64,000 bases of DNA from positions 1,117,794 to 1,181,793 of the forward strand of contig BCKZ01000005.1 of the NCBI GenBank assembly GCA_001600815.1. Reading direction: 5' to 3'. The notes beneath the pieces were generated by a model. The model saw only the letters and a list, made by a program, of their open reading frames with translations. It made no database searches and was not told the DNA's origin. This DNA is from Alloascoidea hylecoeti (lineage: Eukaryota). The position numbers and the translations under genes are program-made. This document shows positions 12,766-25,942 of the stretch, piece by piece (position 1 is the stretch's first letter; each line of letters begins with the position of its first letter).

Positions 12766-12981
12766 ACGCGTTGGTTGTGGGTAAATATGGTAGTATGAAG
12801 TTACTGTGAACTCACCTCAAGTTTTTGAACTATTATTAATTGATAAGATGAGATAGATTCAAAATTTCAACTTCTTGTTTCCAGGTAAAGTCAAAAGAAT
12901 TAAAAGAATTAAAAGAATTAAAAGAATTAAAAGAAAAAAACCAAGAAGAAACAGAAAGATTTCAGATTAAGTCATTTCGCG
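12766..12981. promoter_or_regulatory. MCB (ACGCGT, 12766-12771) and SCB/MCB-like (TTTCGCG, 12975-12981) sites upstream of TOS4
   Basis: CG-rich motifs in a very AT-rich promoter. TOS4 orthologues are known SBF/MBF targets. Confidence 0.55.
12893..12934 (+). repeat. 9-bp tandem repeat (AAAAGAATT)x4
   Basis: Read directly from the sequence. Confidence 0.9.
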
Positions 12982-13016
12982 TCCAAATAAAGTTACATCT
13001 GCTTATGTAATATTTG

Positions 13017-13043
13017 CACGTGGTGTACTATTTGGTGTGACTG
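13017..13043 (+). promoter_or_regulatory. CACGTG (13017-13022) and Homol-D box TGTGACTG (13036-13043) upstream of RPL37
   Basis: Exact motif matches ~150 bp upstream of a ribosomal-protein ATG. Confidence 0.55.
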
Positions 13044-13184
13044 TCATATCTGTATTTGGAAGGATACGGTCAGTAATATACTCGCATATCATGCTGAAAT
13101 ATTCGCTGCGATTTTTGACAATTGGAGAAGACTTGGGTGTTCAAGAAGACGTTCGTTCAAATATATCAACAAATTTAATAAAAC

Positions 13185-13819
13185 ATGACCAGTACGTATT
13201 TATCTTACGCTATTTCCTTTTTGTTTGAAGGATTATATTTATGTTGAAGGATGGCTTGCTATGATTATTACGATATATTGGATTATAAGATGGAAAACCG
13301 GATAAAAGAAAGATCAAGAATGGAGTGTCTACAATGAAATAAAATACCAATTGCAGCTGAAGAATCATGATATAAATCAACAATAAAACGATAAAATAAT
13401 AAAAGATATTCTACAAATATGATAAAAGATCAGACTGAGTCCAAATCCATTTGAGTTGATTTGAAATAGCTTCGAGCGCGACAATTAGTAACAGCAAATC
13501 ATCTTCAACAATGAATTACCAAATTATTTCCGGTACAAATTACTAACATTTATAAATAGAGGGTACTTCCAGTTTCGGTAAACGTCATAACAAATCACAC
13601 ACACTCTGTAACAGATGTGGTCGTCGATCTTTTAATACACAAACCAAAGTCTGTTCCTCATGTGGTTATCCATCTGCCAAAATCAGAAGTTATAACTGGG
13701 CTACCAAAGCTAAAAGAAGAAGAACTACTGGCACTGGTCGTTTAAGACATTTGAAGCACGTTGACAGAAAATTCAAGAATGGTTTCCAAAGCGGTGTTGC
13801 TAAACCACAGTCGGCTTAG
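13185..13819 (+). CDS. RPL37: 60S ribosomal protein eL37; exons 13185-13191, 13560-13819 (missed by the ORF track)
   Basis: ATGACCA|GTACGT...TACTAAC...TAG|AG gives [27 protein letters not shown]...[30 protein letters not shown]. Confidence 0.97.
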
Positions 13820-14401
13820 ATCTAAATAATTATTTTAATAGAAATGAATGAAGGCTGTAATAAAAAATCGAAATCATTGTTTCCTTTCTATGGTCGTGTG
13901 CATAATTACTTTTACATCGTGTCACAGCGTAGGTCTAACTCAGAAAATAACCTTTACAGATGGTATATGGTAAATTCATTGTATACGCCTATATTGTACG
14001 ATAAACTAAAGTTTTAATCATTGTTTAATATTAAAGAAACTCGAGTTATACCTACGTATATATAATAATTACAAGTATGGTAGTGAAAAAACAAAAAACA
14101 AATAAACGTACAAATATATACACTCGAATATAACTAATTATAAAATAAATAATTTATATAAGCTGATATCATGGATAGAAATAAAAGAATAAAATAGAAA
14201 AATCCATTTTATATATTAAATCAATAACCATATCCATTTGAATTTGGCCTTTGAACTTTTATTCTATTCTATTTTGAAATTCTTATATCCTTATACCAAT
14301 ATTTTCATTAATATTAAATTTCCACCTTTTAAATGCCACTAACTTTTAAATTAACCCCTTAATATATATATATTATCTTCACTTCAGTAATTTTATGATT
14401 A

Positions 14402-15814
14402 TTAATCATTCATGGTTAGGCAGTCGGTAAGATTTCCTGTAATTAGTTCCTGATTAACCAGATAATTATTCAATCTTTTCATGAGATTGATTTGATCTTC
14501 AACAGTTAGGTTTAAAATCGCCAATTGTAAAACATTAGATACTGACATATGTTTATTAACAGCAACAAATGTTTCGTAGTATAAGTATGCAAATGATCCC
14601 ATAATAAATTGGCAATCCATTCGATCTGTTATACCTCCATGTCCAGGTATTGTGTCACCAAAATCTTTAACTTTAAATGCTCTTTTTAATCCAGACGCAA
14701 AGAAACCACCGAATGGTGCAATCAAAGAGGCAAATGTCCCTAATAATACAACATGTAAATGAACAGGTGCAATTATTACTGATTTTTTATCTGTTATAAA
14801 ACTTGCAAATTCAGGTAAGAAGAATTCTTGAGGTGTAAAAGCCGGATTTGGAACACAATCAACACTTGAATAAACAGATTGGAAAAATATATTATCCTCA
14901 TTCATAGGACAAATTAAATAATTAAATCTTGCGAGAACAGCGCTCAAGAAAAAAGCGGCAATCATTGTACAAATCCAACCACCGATGAAGCCTTCAACTG
15001 TTTTCTTTGGAGAAATCGAAATTAGTTGTGTTCTACCCATTGTTATACCACATAAATAGGCAAATATATCATTTGAAATCACCAAAGAAGCAGGTATAAA
15101 GAACCAAAAAATACCATTGAAAACATTTGAAATCATTGCATGTGCCTGAAATACAACAAATATAATTGTCATATGAGTGGTGCAAAATTGGGCAAATTGG
15201 AATTTATAATGACCCTTTTTCAAAGATGACACAAACATGACAAACCCCATTATATACATACAATAACAATTAAACCGATGATGTGTTACTAATGTTAAGA
15301 AAAATTTATTGAGAAAAGATGGTTTTAAATGAATCCCATCTAAATAATATATTGCTGTCACAAAGAAGTACCAATTCAAAAATCTTGTCAGCGGCAACTC
15401 TCTTTTTCTAGCAGGATGAGTAACCAAATTTGTGACTTCTTTAAAGACGAGTGTTTGAAGAACCAAAATCAAAAGAATACACCAAATGGGGCCGGCGAAC
15501 AATATAATGAAGAATCCAGTAATCATTACAATTGTCCATATTGCTCGGGTAATAAATGATTGTTTCTTCCGTTCCTTTTCATTCTATATCAGATCAACCA
15601 AAACAGATTAGTTAGTTTATACATAGATGCGAAAAATATACCCTATCATCCTAAGATCACTTACAACTACAGGCTCGGAACCTGAGCTTGTGGAAATTTT
15701 TGCTTGGTTCAAAGGAGAAGAAGGAAGGAGTTTTTCATTCTGTTCATCCTGTAAGATTTGAGATTTACGTTTACTCGTTTTATTCCTATTACTCTTTTGA
15801 TTCTTGGAGGACAT
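14402..15814 (-). CDS. CDS1: Phosphatidate cytidylyltransferase (CDP-DAG synthase); exons 15814-15665, 15583-14402
   Basis: SPKKTVEGFIGG and FFASGLKRAFKVKDFGDTIPGHGGITDRMDCQ; GTAAGT...ACTAAC...TAG intron in phase 0. Confidence 0.96.
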
Positions 15815-16155
15815 TTTTCTTTTCCTTCCAGTTGTTCCGATGTGGTATATTAAGTGAGTTAAGAAAAGAAAAAAGAAAAAGAAATATTCTCAATATTTAT
15901 ATAATCTAAACCTTCAAAAATATAATTGTGCAGCTCAACAAATATTGTGTGATGCACATGCAAATAAATTATTTAAATGGGTTTTTTTAGAGGATCAACC
16001 TAGCTAACATGCATATAATATATTGTGGAGGAAATATCGGGAATATTTCACAGGCAGTGAAAAAAGAATCATTTTAAAACCTTACACATGTATAATTAAT
16101 TATAAGAATATCTATTAAAACTACATTTCTTCAAACATATCATAAACTAATATAC

Positions 16156-17129
16156 TTATAAGTTCTTGCTTGAGTAGTTGCTATAGACATCTAAAGGAGA
16201 TGGAACAATTGGAGTTGGTTTCCAGAGATTTGGTGTCAAGAAACCATATGTGTTACCAATAGCAGCAAAGGTAGCTTTGACTGTGTTTTCTAAAGTTCTT
16301 GTGGAACCAGAAGATGATGTATAAGCATCTTCAACACCACCGAATTCCAAAAGTTTTTTAACAGCTGGTGAAGCAACGACACCAGTACCTCTTGGAGCTG
16401 GAATAAGTCTGACGACAACTGAACCACATTTACCAGTGGTCTTGTTGGCCAAAGAATGTGGTTGACCTAAATTAGTACCCCAGTATCCTCTTCTGACTGG
16501 AATAACAGATAACTTGGCGATAATGATAGCGGCTCTGATGGCAGTAGCAACTTCCTTAGCACTCTTGATTCCAAGACCAACGTGACCGTTAGAGTCACCA
16601 ACAAGGACAACAGCCTTAAATCTGGTTCTCTGTCCAGCACGTGTTTGTTTTTGAACAGGTTTGATCTAAAAAGAAAATAGTTAATAAATGTCCATATTCC
16701 ATGAAAGTAATTTCATTTGATGAGATCCCCAGAGCTCCCTATCGTAATCAATATCGTTCTTATCCCAAAGGCAAAAGTATATTCTACATGCCTCGAAAAA
16801 AGTTTGGGTTTGATTGCGATGGATAGAGAGAGCCATTCCTTAAGATCAATTAAATAAAAAATTTAATCATCGTTTCAGCATACCTTCATAACTTGATCCT
16901 TCAAAGTTGGTAAGAATTGATCAATGATTTGATACTCTTTGATTGGGAGAGCATGTAAATAGATCTCTTCTAAACTGGTAATTTTACCAGCTTTGACAAG
17001 TCTACCAAGCTTTGTAACTGGTTGCCATCCTTTTTCTTCTGGTCTTCCACCTCTTCTGTTTCCACGGCCTCTGTTACGGCCTCCGAATCCTCCTCTTTTA
17101 GCTTGGGCAGCTGGTGCTTCTGATGACAT
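16156..17129 (-). CDS. RPS2: 40S ribosomal protein uS5; exons 17129-16884, 16665-16156
   Basis: RGG-rich N-terminus, [48 protein letters not shown]. Confidence 0.97.
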
Positions 17130-17849
17130 TGTGTTGAATTAAATGTTTGGTGGATAGTTGGTTTTGTCGTAAGAAATTTGATGTTATCACACTTTCCAGA
17201 ATTCCATAATGTTAGTGCTGATATATACGCTTTTAGATGTAATAAGGGGTCACATTTCTAATCATGTGTGGTCTGGCCCTAATAAGCATCACGTGTATTT
17301 AATATTATGTAAGCGAACATTGCAATTCATGTGATGCGATTTTAAATTACTGGCGTAAACAAATCTGCTCGGTCTTGCAATTTCTGAGTGGTGTATGTGT
17401 GATTTATCATCATACGAAAACGCATCTCTTCCCGGAAGCCATTCGCTGTGACTACTGTGTGGAGGATAAACTGATCTTTGATTGATATCACTGTAAGTTA
17501 TGCTAAAAGTTAATTGGACTATTGGAAGTTTCGGACTCAAAGTTAGGAGCATTGTGTTTTGAGCAGGTGCAAGCTGGTATTTCTCACATTAGTGTCCCAG
17601 CAATCTTCCAACAAACAAAAAAATCAAACGTCTCATTTTGTTTTATACAATGATATGAGATAGTTGCATAGAGGGATATACCATCTTTTTCCACTCTCGG
17701 ACGAGGTGTAGTTATACCGTCAACCGCAAAGAATTGGAATGAGTTAGCGTACTGGGCTGCCGCCCACAACATTGCTATGCATTACAAATCAGCAACAAGT
17801 ATTATTATGAATACTATCACTAAAATCTACTTAATTTCATAATTCTCAT

Positions 17850-18560
17850 AATATATGTTTAATATCTTTTTTTTTTGTAATCTGCTCTGTGATGTTATAA
17901 GTTTTCTAAATTTTAGCGCCTTGTGTAGGATATCCATTATAAAACGCAACTTTTCATGATCCCATAACTCGTTGGAATCTATCATATTAATGTCATATGA
18001 TGCCTCCAATATCAATAATAGTGTAGATGTTTTATTAAAGCAGTTATGGTAGTGTGGCGTGAGAATTTTAGAAGATCTGTAAACTTTGGACGACCACCCT
18101 AAAATATGAAAAAGTTCCTAATTAATCACCTCCGCTCAAAAGTTCTATTTTTCAAATAATCACTATAGACAGTACTGACTAATAAGTCCCCACCAGAATT
18201 TAAAATGGTATGTACAAGGATTCTATTGAATCAGAATAATCATGAGAACAAGCTCATACACTCTGCTGTTGAATATAAGAGACATTTCATCTCATGTGAA
18301 AGTTTTCAACAAATTTGGTATCTCAAAACCGACTCTTCAACTTCCATGGTAGATCATCAAACAAGATTTCCCACCAAAATCAAAGACTTTTTCATACTTA
18401 TGAGGAACAAGAGCTCATTTGATGATCTTTAATTTTATGTAAAAATGGTTGCTTGATAGAATATCCGTCTCAAATTTTACCAATCAGGAAAGCGATAACA
18501 ATTTGTTATTGTTCCGCAAAGTATCATATACTAGTCATTGAAAGGCACTCGAACTCTACA
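17850..18560 (-). mobile_element. Second, more decayed Tc1/mariner transposase relic
   Basis: LVPHKYEKVFDFGGKSCLMI (18364-18410; FGGGS.MVW), FNSRVYELVL (MNS..Y..IL), HILGWSSK/TDL (18075-18105), NELWD...RKLITSQSRLQ. The motifs are in the correct order, interrupted by stops and frameshifts. Confidence 0.55.
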
Positions 18561-19121
18561 CTTCTCTATAAAAGAATCAGATTTTAAGTGAGGATCCAAA
18601 GCATCTTCGCGAATGGTATTGTATAAGCTTGAGATTATCTAGTCTTTATGACCTATAATATCGTGTCTAGTGCATAGTACGTATTACACTAGTTTAGTAT
18701 CCAGTTAATTTGTAAAATATATCGATATCTAACTCTACTCTATATTAATAGGTATTTACTAGATTTCATCACAAAAGGAATACATATGATGTTTATTTGG
18801 GGATAATACTTTATACCTAGATCTATGCGTAGCAATCATATACCCTAGTGCCTAGTGCCTACTTCAACGCCAGTAATATCATGGTCATACCAATTACAAC
18901 CAGATCCCCAGTCATAACAGGAAAAAAGGAACAAAAAAAGAGTCGTATAATAACCATTTATTTAGTAATTATTATTGCTGAAATATCGATAATAACTAAC
19001 ATCATAGATTTCAGCATTTTCTTTATAATTAATTATGAATGACATCCTTATAACGGAAATTTTACCTATTATCAGGGATAAGTGCTAATTAGACTACGTG
19101 ACTAGGGGTAATTTTAGAGAT

Positions 19122-19129
19122 TTACCCGG
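19122..19129 (+). promoter_or_regulatory. Reb1-type site TTACCCGG (also CCGGGTAA at 48911-48918 and TTACCCGG at 63812-63819)
   Basis: Exact 8-mers, each 55-240 bp upstream of an ATG (PHO4, INA17, last gene). Confidence 0.45.
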
Positions 19130-19358
19130 CCCTTATCTTTCTATCTTGTGAGCATTTGCCATTTTCGGCTGTGTGCCTCTCACAAAAATTAATTTTAAAG
19201 TTGCAAATTGCAATTGTCTTCTCCACCCAAAAGTAAAATTTCCGTTAGAGAAGGGCGTTTGCTGTCATCCAAAAGTTATTCCACTAAGAAGAAATTAGTT
19301 ATAGTGTAGTTATACTAATATAATCTTCGAGTTGTCTTTTGGAAGTTAAAGATCTGCG

Positions 19359-21737
19359 ATGGGGAGTAAAGCCTGGTCAAATCCGGAGAACCCTATATCT
19401 TTTCAAGATGGTCAAGATGTGAATATGGACTTTGACTTGAATAATATGCCAAATGGTGCCTCAAATGATATCAATTTTGATTTCATAGATCAGTATTCTA
19501 ATGAGATTTTAAGTGGTATACGGAATATGATTGATGTTGGAGAGAGTATTAATCATGGGGCTGGGGAGTCACACGACCCTCCAACAAATATAGATACGGA
19601 CCTAAATCCAGTTGAACATTTTAAAACAGCACCAGAAAATATGAAGAGAAACTGTGGGACGTTTCATAAATCAAGTCGGCCGAATATGATAACAGGTACG
19701 GCTGACGCCTACGAGGTTCAATTTGATTTTAATGTTGATAAAGATATTGATGTTGATGAAGTTGACAGTTTTTCTCAACCAGAATATACACCATTGATGA
19801 CACCTTCGATGGATCCAGGATCTGAGACCTGTTCTCCCGCTCAGATGTCTAATAAACCTTATCAATCACCATATACATCACATTTGCAAGATAATTTAAG
19901 CCCTTCATCATCACCACGCCGGAAAGTCGTTCACGATCACGATCGTAGTTCCAATACCCTTCACAAGAAATCATTTGCGATTGGTGTTTATGAAGAACAA
20001 AAATCTAGATCTCCACTACTATCCCCAACTAATGTCACAACTTTCAACCAACTAAACACCATGCATGGTAACTCGAATGAGTCCGCCTCACCATCAAAAA
20101 GATATCGACATTCTTCTCAACTACAAGTTTCCAACACCACCCCTGTTCTTGCTGCAAATGTACGAAGAACTTCAAACGGTAGCTATTCACCGAGCTTGAA
20201 GTATGTAAATAACGGCAGATCTCATTCTCATCGTTATTCAAATCCACCAGTTTCTTCCCCATTAGCTACTGATAACCATGCTTACCTGCGTAGAACGATA
20301 TCGTCTGTTCGACTACCCGAAGCGGCTATAACAACATCTTCATACAATTATAATGCAAGTACCCCAAGTACCTGCAGTAGTGAACGTGTATCATCAATAT
20401 CGTCAAGTACAACCTTATCTTCAATTGCAAACTCAAACTATTCTTTTAATAACTCCCGGTCTCGATCAATTGTGTCTCAACCATCATCTACAAATATTTC
20501 TAATGGGTCCGTATCACCTGGTAGCGTATCGTGCATGAATGGTGATGTGGAGATAGATATGAATATCGGTTCATCGGCTATTCCTATTGGTTCTAATTTG
20601 GATACATCTGGATCACAGTTTCAATTGCAATCAGAAATTGCTTCATTTGAAGAATCTCAAATTCAAAGGGCTACTCCTTCTAGTTTGATGAATATTAAGG
20701 CTAGGCACCCTAGTTTGGCTATTCAGCAACAAATTGATCAACAAATTCAACTCTTGGCACATACTCCAATGTTATCTCCCACTTCATCTTCTTCGCCAAC
20801 GTTACAACAGCAAATACACCCGGTTAATTCAAACGATACTGACGAATTTAAAGCTCCTATTCATAAACAACGCTCATCTATTTCTTTCCCTAATAGAAAA
20901 CCTTCAGGACATTCTATAAATCTTGCATCTATGCCTATAGTCCCTAAACCATCACCATTAATGAAACCGAATCAAAGAACTCCCTATACCAAGGCGGCAT
21001 CCCAAAAATCAATATCAGCATCTCCTCTACTCTTACCTAAACCATCCGTCCATCCTACAAATTCTTTTGCAACCACCCCAATTCAAGTCCCAGTATCTAG
21101 TGAAGATTACTTAGCTATGCTTACAATGAAATCCAATTATCAAAATATCTTAGAAGGTAATCATGAACAATTAGGATTACGATATACAACAGATATCAAT
21201 TCTTCAATAACATCACGTAAAATGACACATAAATTGGCAGAACAAGAACGAAGGAATAGATTAAATTTAGGATTAAATGAATTGGCTAAAATTTTACCTA
21301 AAAAACCTCTTAAATCAAAATCACAAACTGGACCTGATGTTAAAACTAATGGAAAACAATCAAAAGAAAAAGCTCAAAATAGTTCTAATCAAAAGGGAAA
21401 TGATAAGAAAGGGAATAATGATGATAATGAAAAGAAACTTAATAATGAAAAGAAACTTAATAATAAAAAGAAGGAAATAATTCCCCAAAATGCATTAGAG
21501 ATGATTTCTTTGGGATCAAATCCTTCAAAAATGGAAATTGTTGAAGGTGCAATTAGATATATAAATTTTTTACATTTAGCGTTAAAGCAAGCACAAGGAG
21601 AACACAAGAAATCACAAAATAAGGAAGGTGGTGAAGATAAACTTTATAAAGAATCTCATTGCTTATCCGAAAATAAAAATAATAAAGTTGAACAAGGTGA
21701 GAATCAAATTAAAATGGAAGTTGAAAAAGGTAAATAA
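19359..21737 (+). CDS. PHO4: bHLH phosphate-response transcription factor Pho4/NUC-1/PalcA family
   Basis: KSNYQNILEG..LGL.Y...SRKMTHKLAEQERRNRLN...SKMEIVEGAIRYI, upstream FTPL-like EYTPLMTP and ATPSSLM motifs, many SP sites, long loop containing an 18-bp tandem duplication. Confidence 0.88.
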   Translation: MGSKAWSNPENPISFQDGQDVNMDFDLNNMPNGASNDINFDFIDQYSNEILSGIRNMIDVGESINHGAGESHDPPTNIDTDLNPVEHFKTAPENMKRNCGTFHKSSRPNMITGTADAYEVQFDFNVDKDIDVDEVDSFSQPEYTPLMTPSMDPGSETCSPAQMSNKPYQSPYTSHLQDNLSPSSSPRRKVVHDHDRSSNTLHKKSFAIGVYEEQKSRSPLLSPTNVTTFNQLNTMHGNSNESASPSKRYRHSSQLQVSNTTPVLAANVRRTSNGSYSPSLKYVNNGRSHSHRYSNPPVSSPLATDNHAYLRRTISSVRLPEAAITTSSYNYNASTPSTCSSERVSSISSSTTLSSIANSNYSFNNSRSRSIVSQPSSTNISNGSVSPGSVSCMNGDVEIDMNIGSSAIPIGSNLDTSGSQFQLQSEIASFEESQIQRATPSSLMNIKARHPSLAIQQQIDQQIQLLAHTPMLSPTSSSSPTLQQQIHPVNSNDTDEFKAPIHKQRSSISFPNRKPSGHSINLASMPIVPKPSPLMKPNQRTPYTKAASQKSISASPLLLPKPSVHPTNSFATTPIQVPVSSEDYLAMLTMKSNYQNILEGNHEQLGLRYTTDINSSITSRKMTHKLAEQERRNRLNLGLNELAKILPKKPLKSKSQTGPDVKTNGKQSKEKAQNSSNQKGNDKKGNNDDNEKKLNNEKKLNNKKKEIIPQNALEMISLGSNPSKMEIVEGAIRYINFLHLALKQAQGEHKKSQNKEGGEDKLYKESHCLSENKNNKVEQGENQIKMEVEKGK

Positions 21738-22454
21738 AAATTAGAAGCTATAAACAGTTGCACTAGCCCATATTTTAAAATACATATTACCAACAGCTGG
21801 CTCTAATGAATTCCCGATTTCCCACTACTATAGCTAAAATTATTATAGTTTATTTCAAGACCCTATTTTCTCTTTTATTCTTCTCATGTCTTCTTCCCAT
21901 TCAAGTTTTTTCTTTGTTTCTTTTTTACTTCCCTTTGAAAATCGCTTATTATTGGGGTAATATTATTTTGTTATGCATATGTAAGCTTATAGTTTCAAAT
22001 TTTGCTGTTAATGCTGATATATATATATATATTTGTTCATAATAATGAATATTGCTTTTAACTTGCAATTAAATAATATACAATCCAAACTGTAAAAATG
22101 TATAGGCCTACATGATTTCAAATACCTTATAAGTTAATTAATTCTTTCTGTTGGCTGCTCAGTTATCTGGTCGAAAAGAGGAAAACAGAAAATTTAAGTT
22201 AAGTTGAATAAATAACAACATAAAGACCTTGTGAAGTAGATATCTATGTCTATACCAGCCTATAAGGTTATACCCGTGCCTTAACAGTTATAAACTATAT
22301 AGCTACTATTGAATATATAAGCTTATATGTGTAGTATTGCGTTACTAAGTTCATATCAATAATATTCCTGATGTTCATCAGCTTGATTTTAGATGTGAAC
22401 TTGGACCAAAAATAGCAGAACAGGAAATGACTCAAGAGTATTAGCTGCTTCAGA

Positions 22455-23265
22455 GTAGATAATGTGCATCTAAATATCTCTGATACTCATTATTTCTATG
22501 CTGCTGATATAGAAGTAGGACTTACGCATTCGGTGAGTAGTTTAAAGATGATATAACTATTGCTGGCCAGACACTTAAAGGTCATTCCTTGAAATTAGCA
22601 GCTAGACCCACTATGTCATATAGACTTATGAGTCTTTCGTATGATATTCTTGGCGGTTTAGGAAGCATTCATTGTTACCGTACTTATCAACATGCTTTAG
22701 TTGACTCTAGAGAATAACACAATTTTCTGCATTATCTCTTTTTGTGAACTCAACAAATTCATCTTCAGGAAGTCTTATATTTGGCGGAGTTAATAGGAAT
22801 TTATATACTGGATAATTATACTATCCCGTTTCTTGGATTTTAAAATTTAGCTGCCATATTAGACAGTATTACTTTTACTTTTGAAGGAAATACAGTTCCA
22901 GTTAAAACATTAACTCTTTTCGATACTGGTACTAATCCTATTTACCTGCCCAATTGCATTTTGTCGTCAATATTAAAATCTTTTGGAATAAAATCTAATG
23001 GAGGTTATATCACATCAAACTGCACTTTTCCATCTAATCAACTATCGTGCGAATTATTGATTTTAAACTCGGATGTGTAACTAAAATCAAACTTTCAGAC
23101 CTCGTACAGTCACCGCATACTTACTCACAATGCTATTTTGGATTACAGGATAGTGACTTTGCCCGATAAAACATTTATATTAAGTAATATCTTTTTGTCA
23201 AGTGCTTACTTTGTTTTTGATATGGACAGTGTTCAGGTTTCAATTGCTCAGACCAATAGTTCAGC
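22455..23265 (+). pseudogene. Yapsin/Sap/Bar1-type aspartic protease pseudogene
   Basis: YFYAADIEVG (22491), SGSLIFGGVNRNLYTG*LY, LFDTGTNPIYLP (22922), ILSNIFLSSAYFVFDMDSVQVSIAQ. Stops and frameshifts present; the first catalytic DTG segment was not found. Confidence 0.85.
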
Positions 23266-23544
23266 ACTAGCCTTGATTTTAAGCTTCAAGCTATCCCAAA
23301 GGAACAAGTGTAGTTCCTGGAGCCAAGAGATGTTCTTTGTAGTTCTTCATTTAATTTTTGATCATTTAGATTTATAGCTAATAGAAGAATATAATATGAC
23401 TGTAATATTTTTCAGTAGTCCACATATTGTAAGCTTATATTGTTCATAATCATACATGTAAATATAACCTATTTATTTGTTCTCAATCGTTATTGGAAAA
23501 TTAAAGAATAAACCATCAGTGTAGGTAAAGACAATTGAAACATG

Positions 23545-24115
23545 TGCTTACACAAAAATCTTGAGAATACAATAGATTTTGTTTTGTATCTTCCTTATGA
23601 AATATGAGATATAGTATTTTCAGATTTGCAACCGACGACCTTATTCATTTGTAGAGGAGTTTCTAAACCATGGGAACAAATAATTGAATAAAATTATGAT
23701 ATGGAGATCAAAGTTTCAAGATCAAAAATATTAGAAATATTATAATGAAGATTCAGACACTGATACATGGTATGAATTGCACAAAGAACGTAATCTCTTA
23801 GAATTAGATTAGACAAATGGTAAATATACACGGCATAAATTAAGTGGTCATTCTGCCTAAATATATCGTGTTAAATTTTATAAAAGCTAGATTATAATTG
23901 GTTCACCAGATCATACAATAAGAATTTGGGATCGTGAAATTTTTCAATGTTTAAGTGAACCGAATCTGGAGATTTTAAAACAATATTGAAATTTTAAGAG
24001 AAAATCAAGCAGCGATAGAACTATTTAAGTTAACAAAAGACCCCAATATCATATTTCATTTAGGTAGTTTTAGTTGTATGGATATTAATGATCAATAGCT
24101 GGTTTCTGGTTCATG
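23545..24115 (+). pseudogene. F-box/WD40 pseudogene, copy A (3'-truncated)
   Basis: DFVLYLPYEI*DIVFSDL..TLFICRGVSKPW (F-box), IWRSKFQDQKY, LSGHS, IIIGSPDHTIRIWD, DINDQ*LVSGS. Aligns at nucleotide level with 38380-38945 (-). Confidence 0.85.
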
Positions 24116-24974
24116 GGTGCAAGCATTTAGCTCAAAAGGTCCTTGAATGCGTGGCGGATAATTATTCATCAAACTTGCCGATTGTATACTACATCAGATC
24201 GACGACAATGTTCAGAAAGTGGTCGAAATTAATTGGAAATACTGTGCGGCACATCGACAATTTGACACCCTAGGTCCCTAACTCCGTCATAGTCTAATAG
24301 AACAATTACAAGCTCAGGAAGTTCAATTATAATTAAAACGTTTAATGTGCTGTCTTTTGTAGATCATAAATAAAAATCACACAATCATGGCTAGCACAGC
24401 GGGGATTATACTGTACATGTATACCGGTATCGCCTACATATAAGATAAATATATAATATAGAATTAATTCGAAAACAAACATACTAGTAAAGCTTGCAAC
24501 TATGATGAAGTTTAGAAAGATAAAAAACATATAATATAGCGATCATGATTCATGATCCAGATCAATGATTGTATTACAACAGCTTTATGTATGACTCTTG
24601 ATTGGATTTCTATCCAGATCTGTATTTAAATTTCTCCGACTTGGAAGGTTTCAATTAATATATCAAACCTGAATCATGAATAACTTCATAAAATATATCT
24701 TCCTGTAATAATTAATTATGGCTATTATGAGCTTATATGAAGACCCTATAATTTGTTCAATACAATTGAGTCAATGATATCATAACTATTAACGTATGTA
24801 AATCTCTAATCTTAGACGTCTAACACGATTATAATTGTTTGGGGTAAACAGAAATATTCTTTGATCTTCAGATTCTTCACTGTAATTATAGAGTCAAACA
24901 TCCTTAAACCCATACTATCATTTTTTCAGAAAACTCACTTCTTTATTTTATTAAGACACAAGTTATCAAAGAAA

Positions 24975-25942
24975 ATGGCATCGGAATTAAAAGATTACCA
25001 AGAACAACTCCAATCAATAAATGAAGTTTTAGAACTTGAGCCTACAAATGAGGAATTTATTGGATTAAAAAATGAACTCGAAGAACTTATATCATTATTG
25101 TTGGAAGTTGAAGAGTCTGGAGAAACTAGCCTGGAGCAAACCAAAGCTCCGGTTTCAGCATCAAATGTCCCAATGTCTGCACCTGTGTTGAATACGCAAG
25201 AGAAAATAATGAATAATGACGATGATAAAAATTCAATAGTGCATGGTTCGTCATTGCCACCTTCGATACCCACTTTACCATCAGTGGCAGCACCTCCACC
25301 ACCTCCTCCACCAAAATCTCACATTTCTAAAGCACCTCCACCAGGACCTCCTCCATCTACAGATTATTCCAAACATGTTGGATTTAAAGTAGGTGACAAA
25401 CTAATGGCACGATGCTTAACGGGCGATAAGAAATTCCACCCAGCTTTTATTAGAAGTATAACAGGATCTTTTGATAGGCCAATGTATACCGTCAAATTCT
25501 CTGATTTGAAAACTATTGAGACGGTTAGTAAAGAATGCATTCGAGTGTTATCACCCTCTAACTATCATTCACATAGTAATAATGTTTCTTCTAATGTGAA
25601 CAGTCCTCCTTTAAAAGCTAAGGAGAATAAGATTGTCAAGAAGAAAAAGAAGCCATCAGCAACACAAAAGTGGCAACAGTTCAACTCAAAAGGTATGTCT
25701 CTTTTTTTAAAAAAATAAAAAAGAATTAATAAAATAACTAAGAATTATCGATATTTTTATTATTATCTAGCCAAGAAGAGTTATATCAACTCTTCATCTA
25801 TCTTCAAAAGTTCAGATGCAGCTGATGTCAAAGGTAATTTATTATTTTACTTATTCTATTTAAATTTGTGAATTAATGAAACTAACAGATGAATATATTT
25901 TAAATAGTCGGTGTTAACAGAAACTTAACGAAGCTTGGATGA
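24975..25942 (+). CDS. SPF30: Tudor-domain splicing factor Spf30/SMNDC1; exons 24975-25692, 25771-25833, 25908-25942
   Basis: ELKDYQEQLQSINEVLELEPTNEEFIGLKNELEELI, Tudor FKVGDKLMARC..GDKKFHPAFIRSITG, KWQQFNSK, SIFKS...KVGV. Confidence 0.88.
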
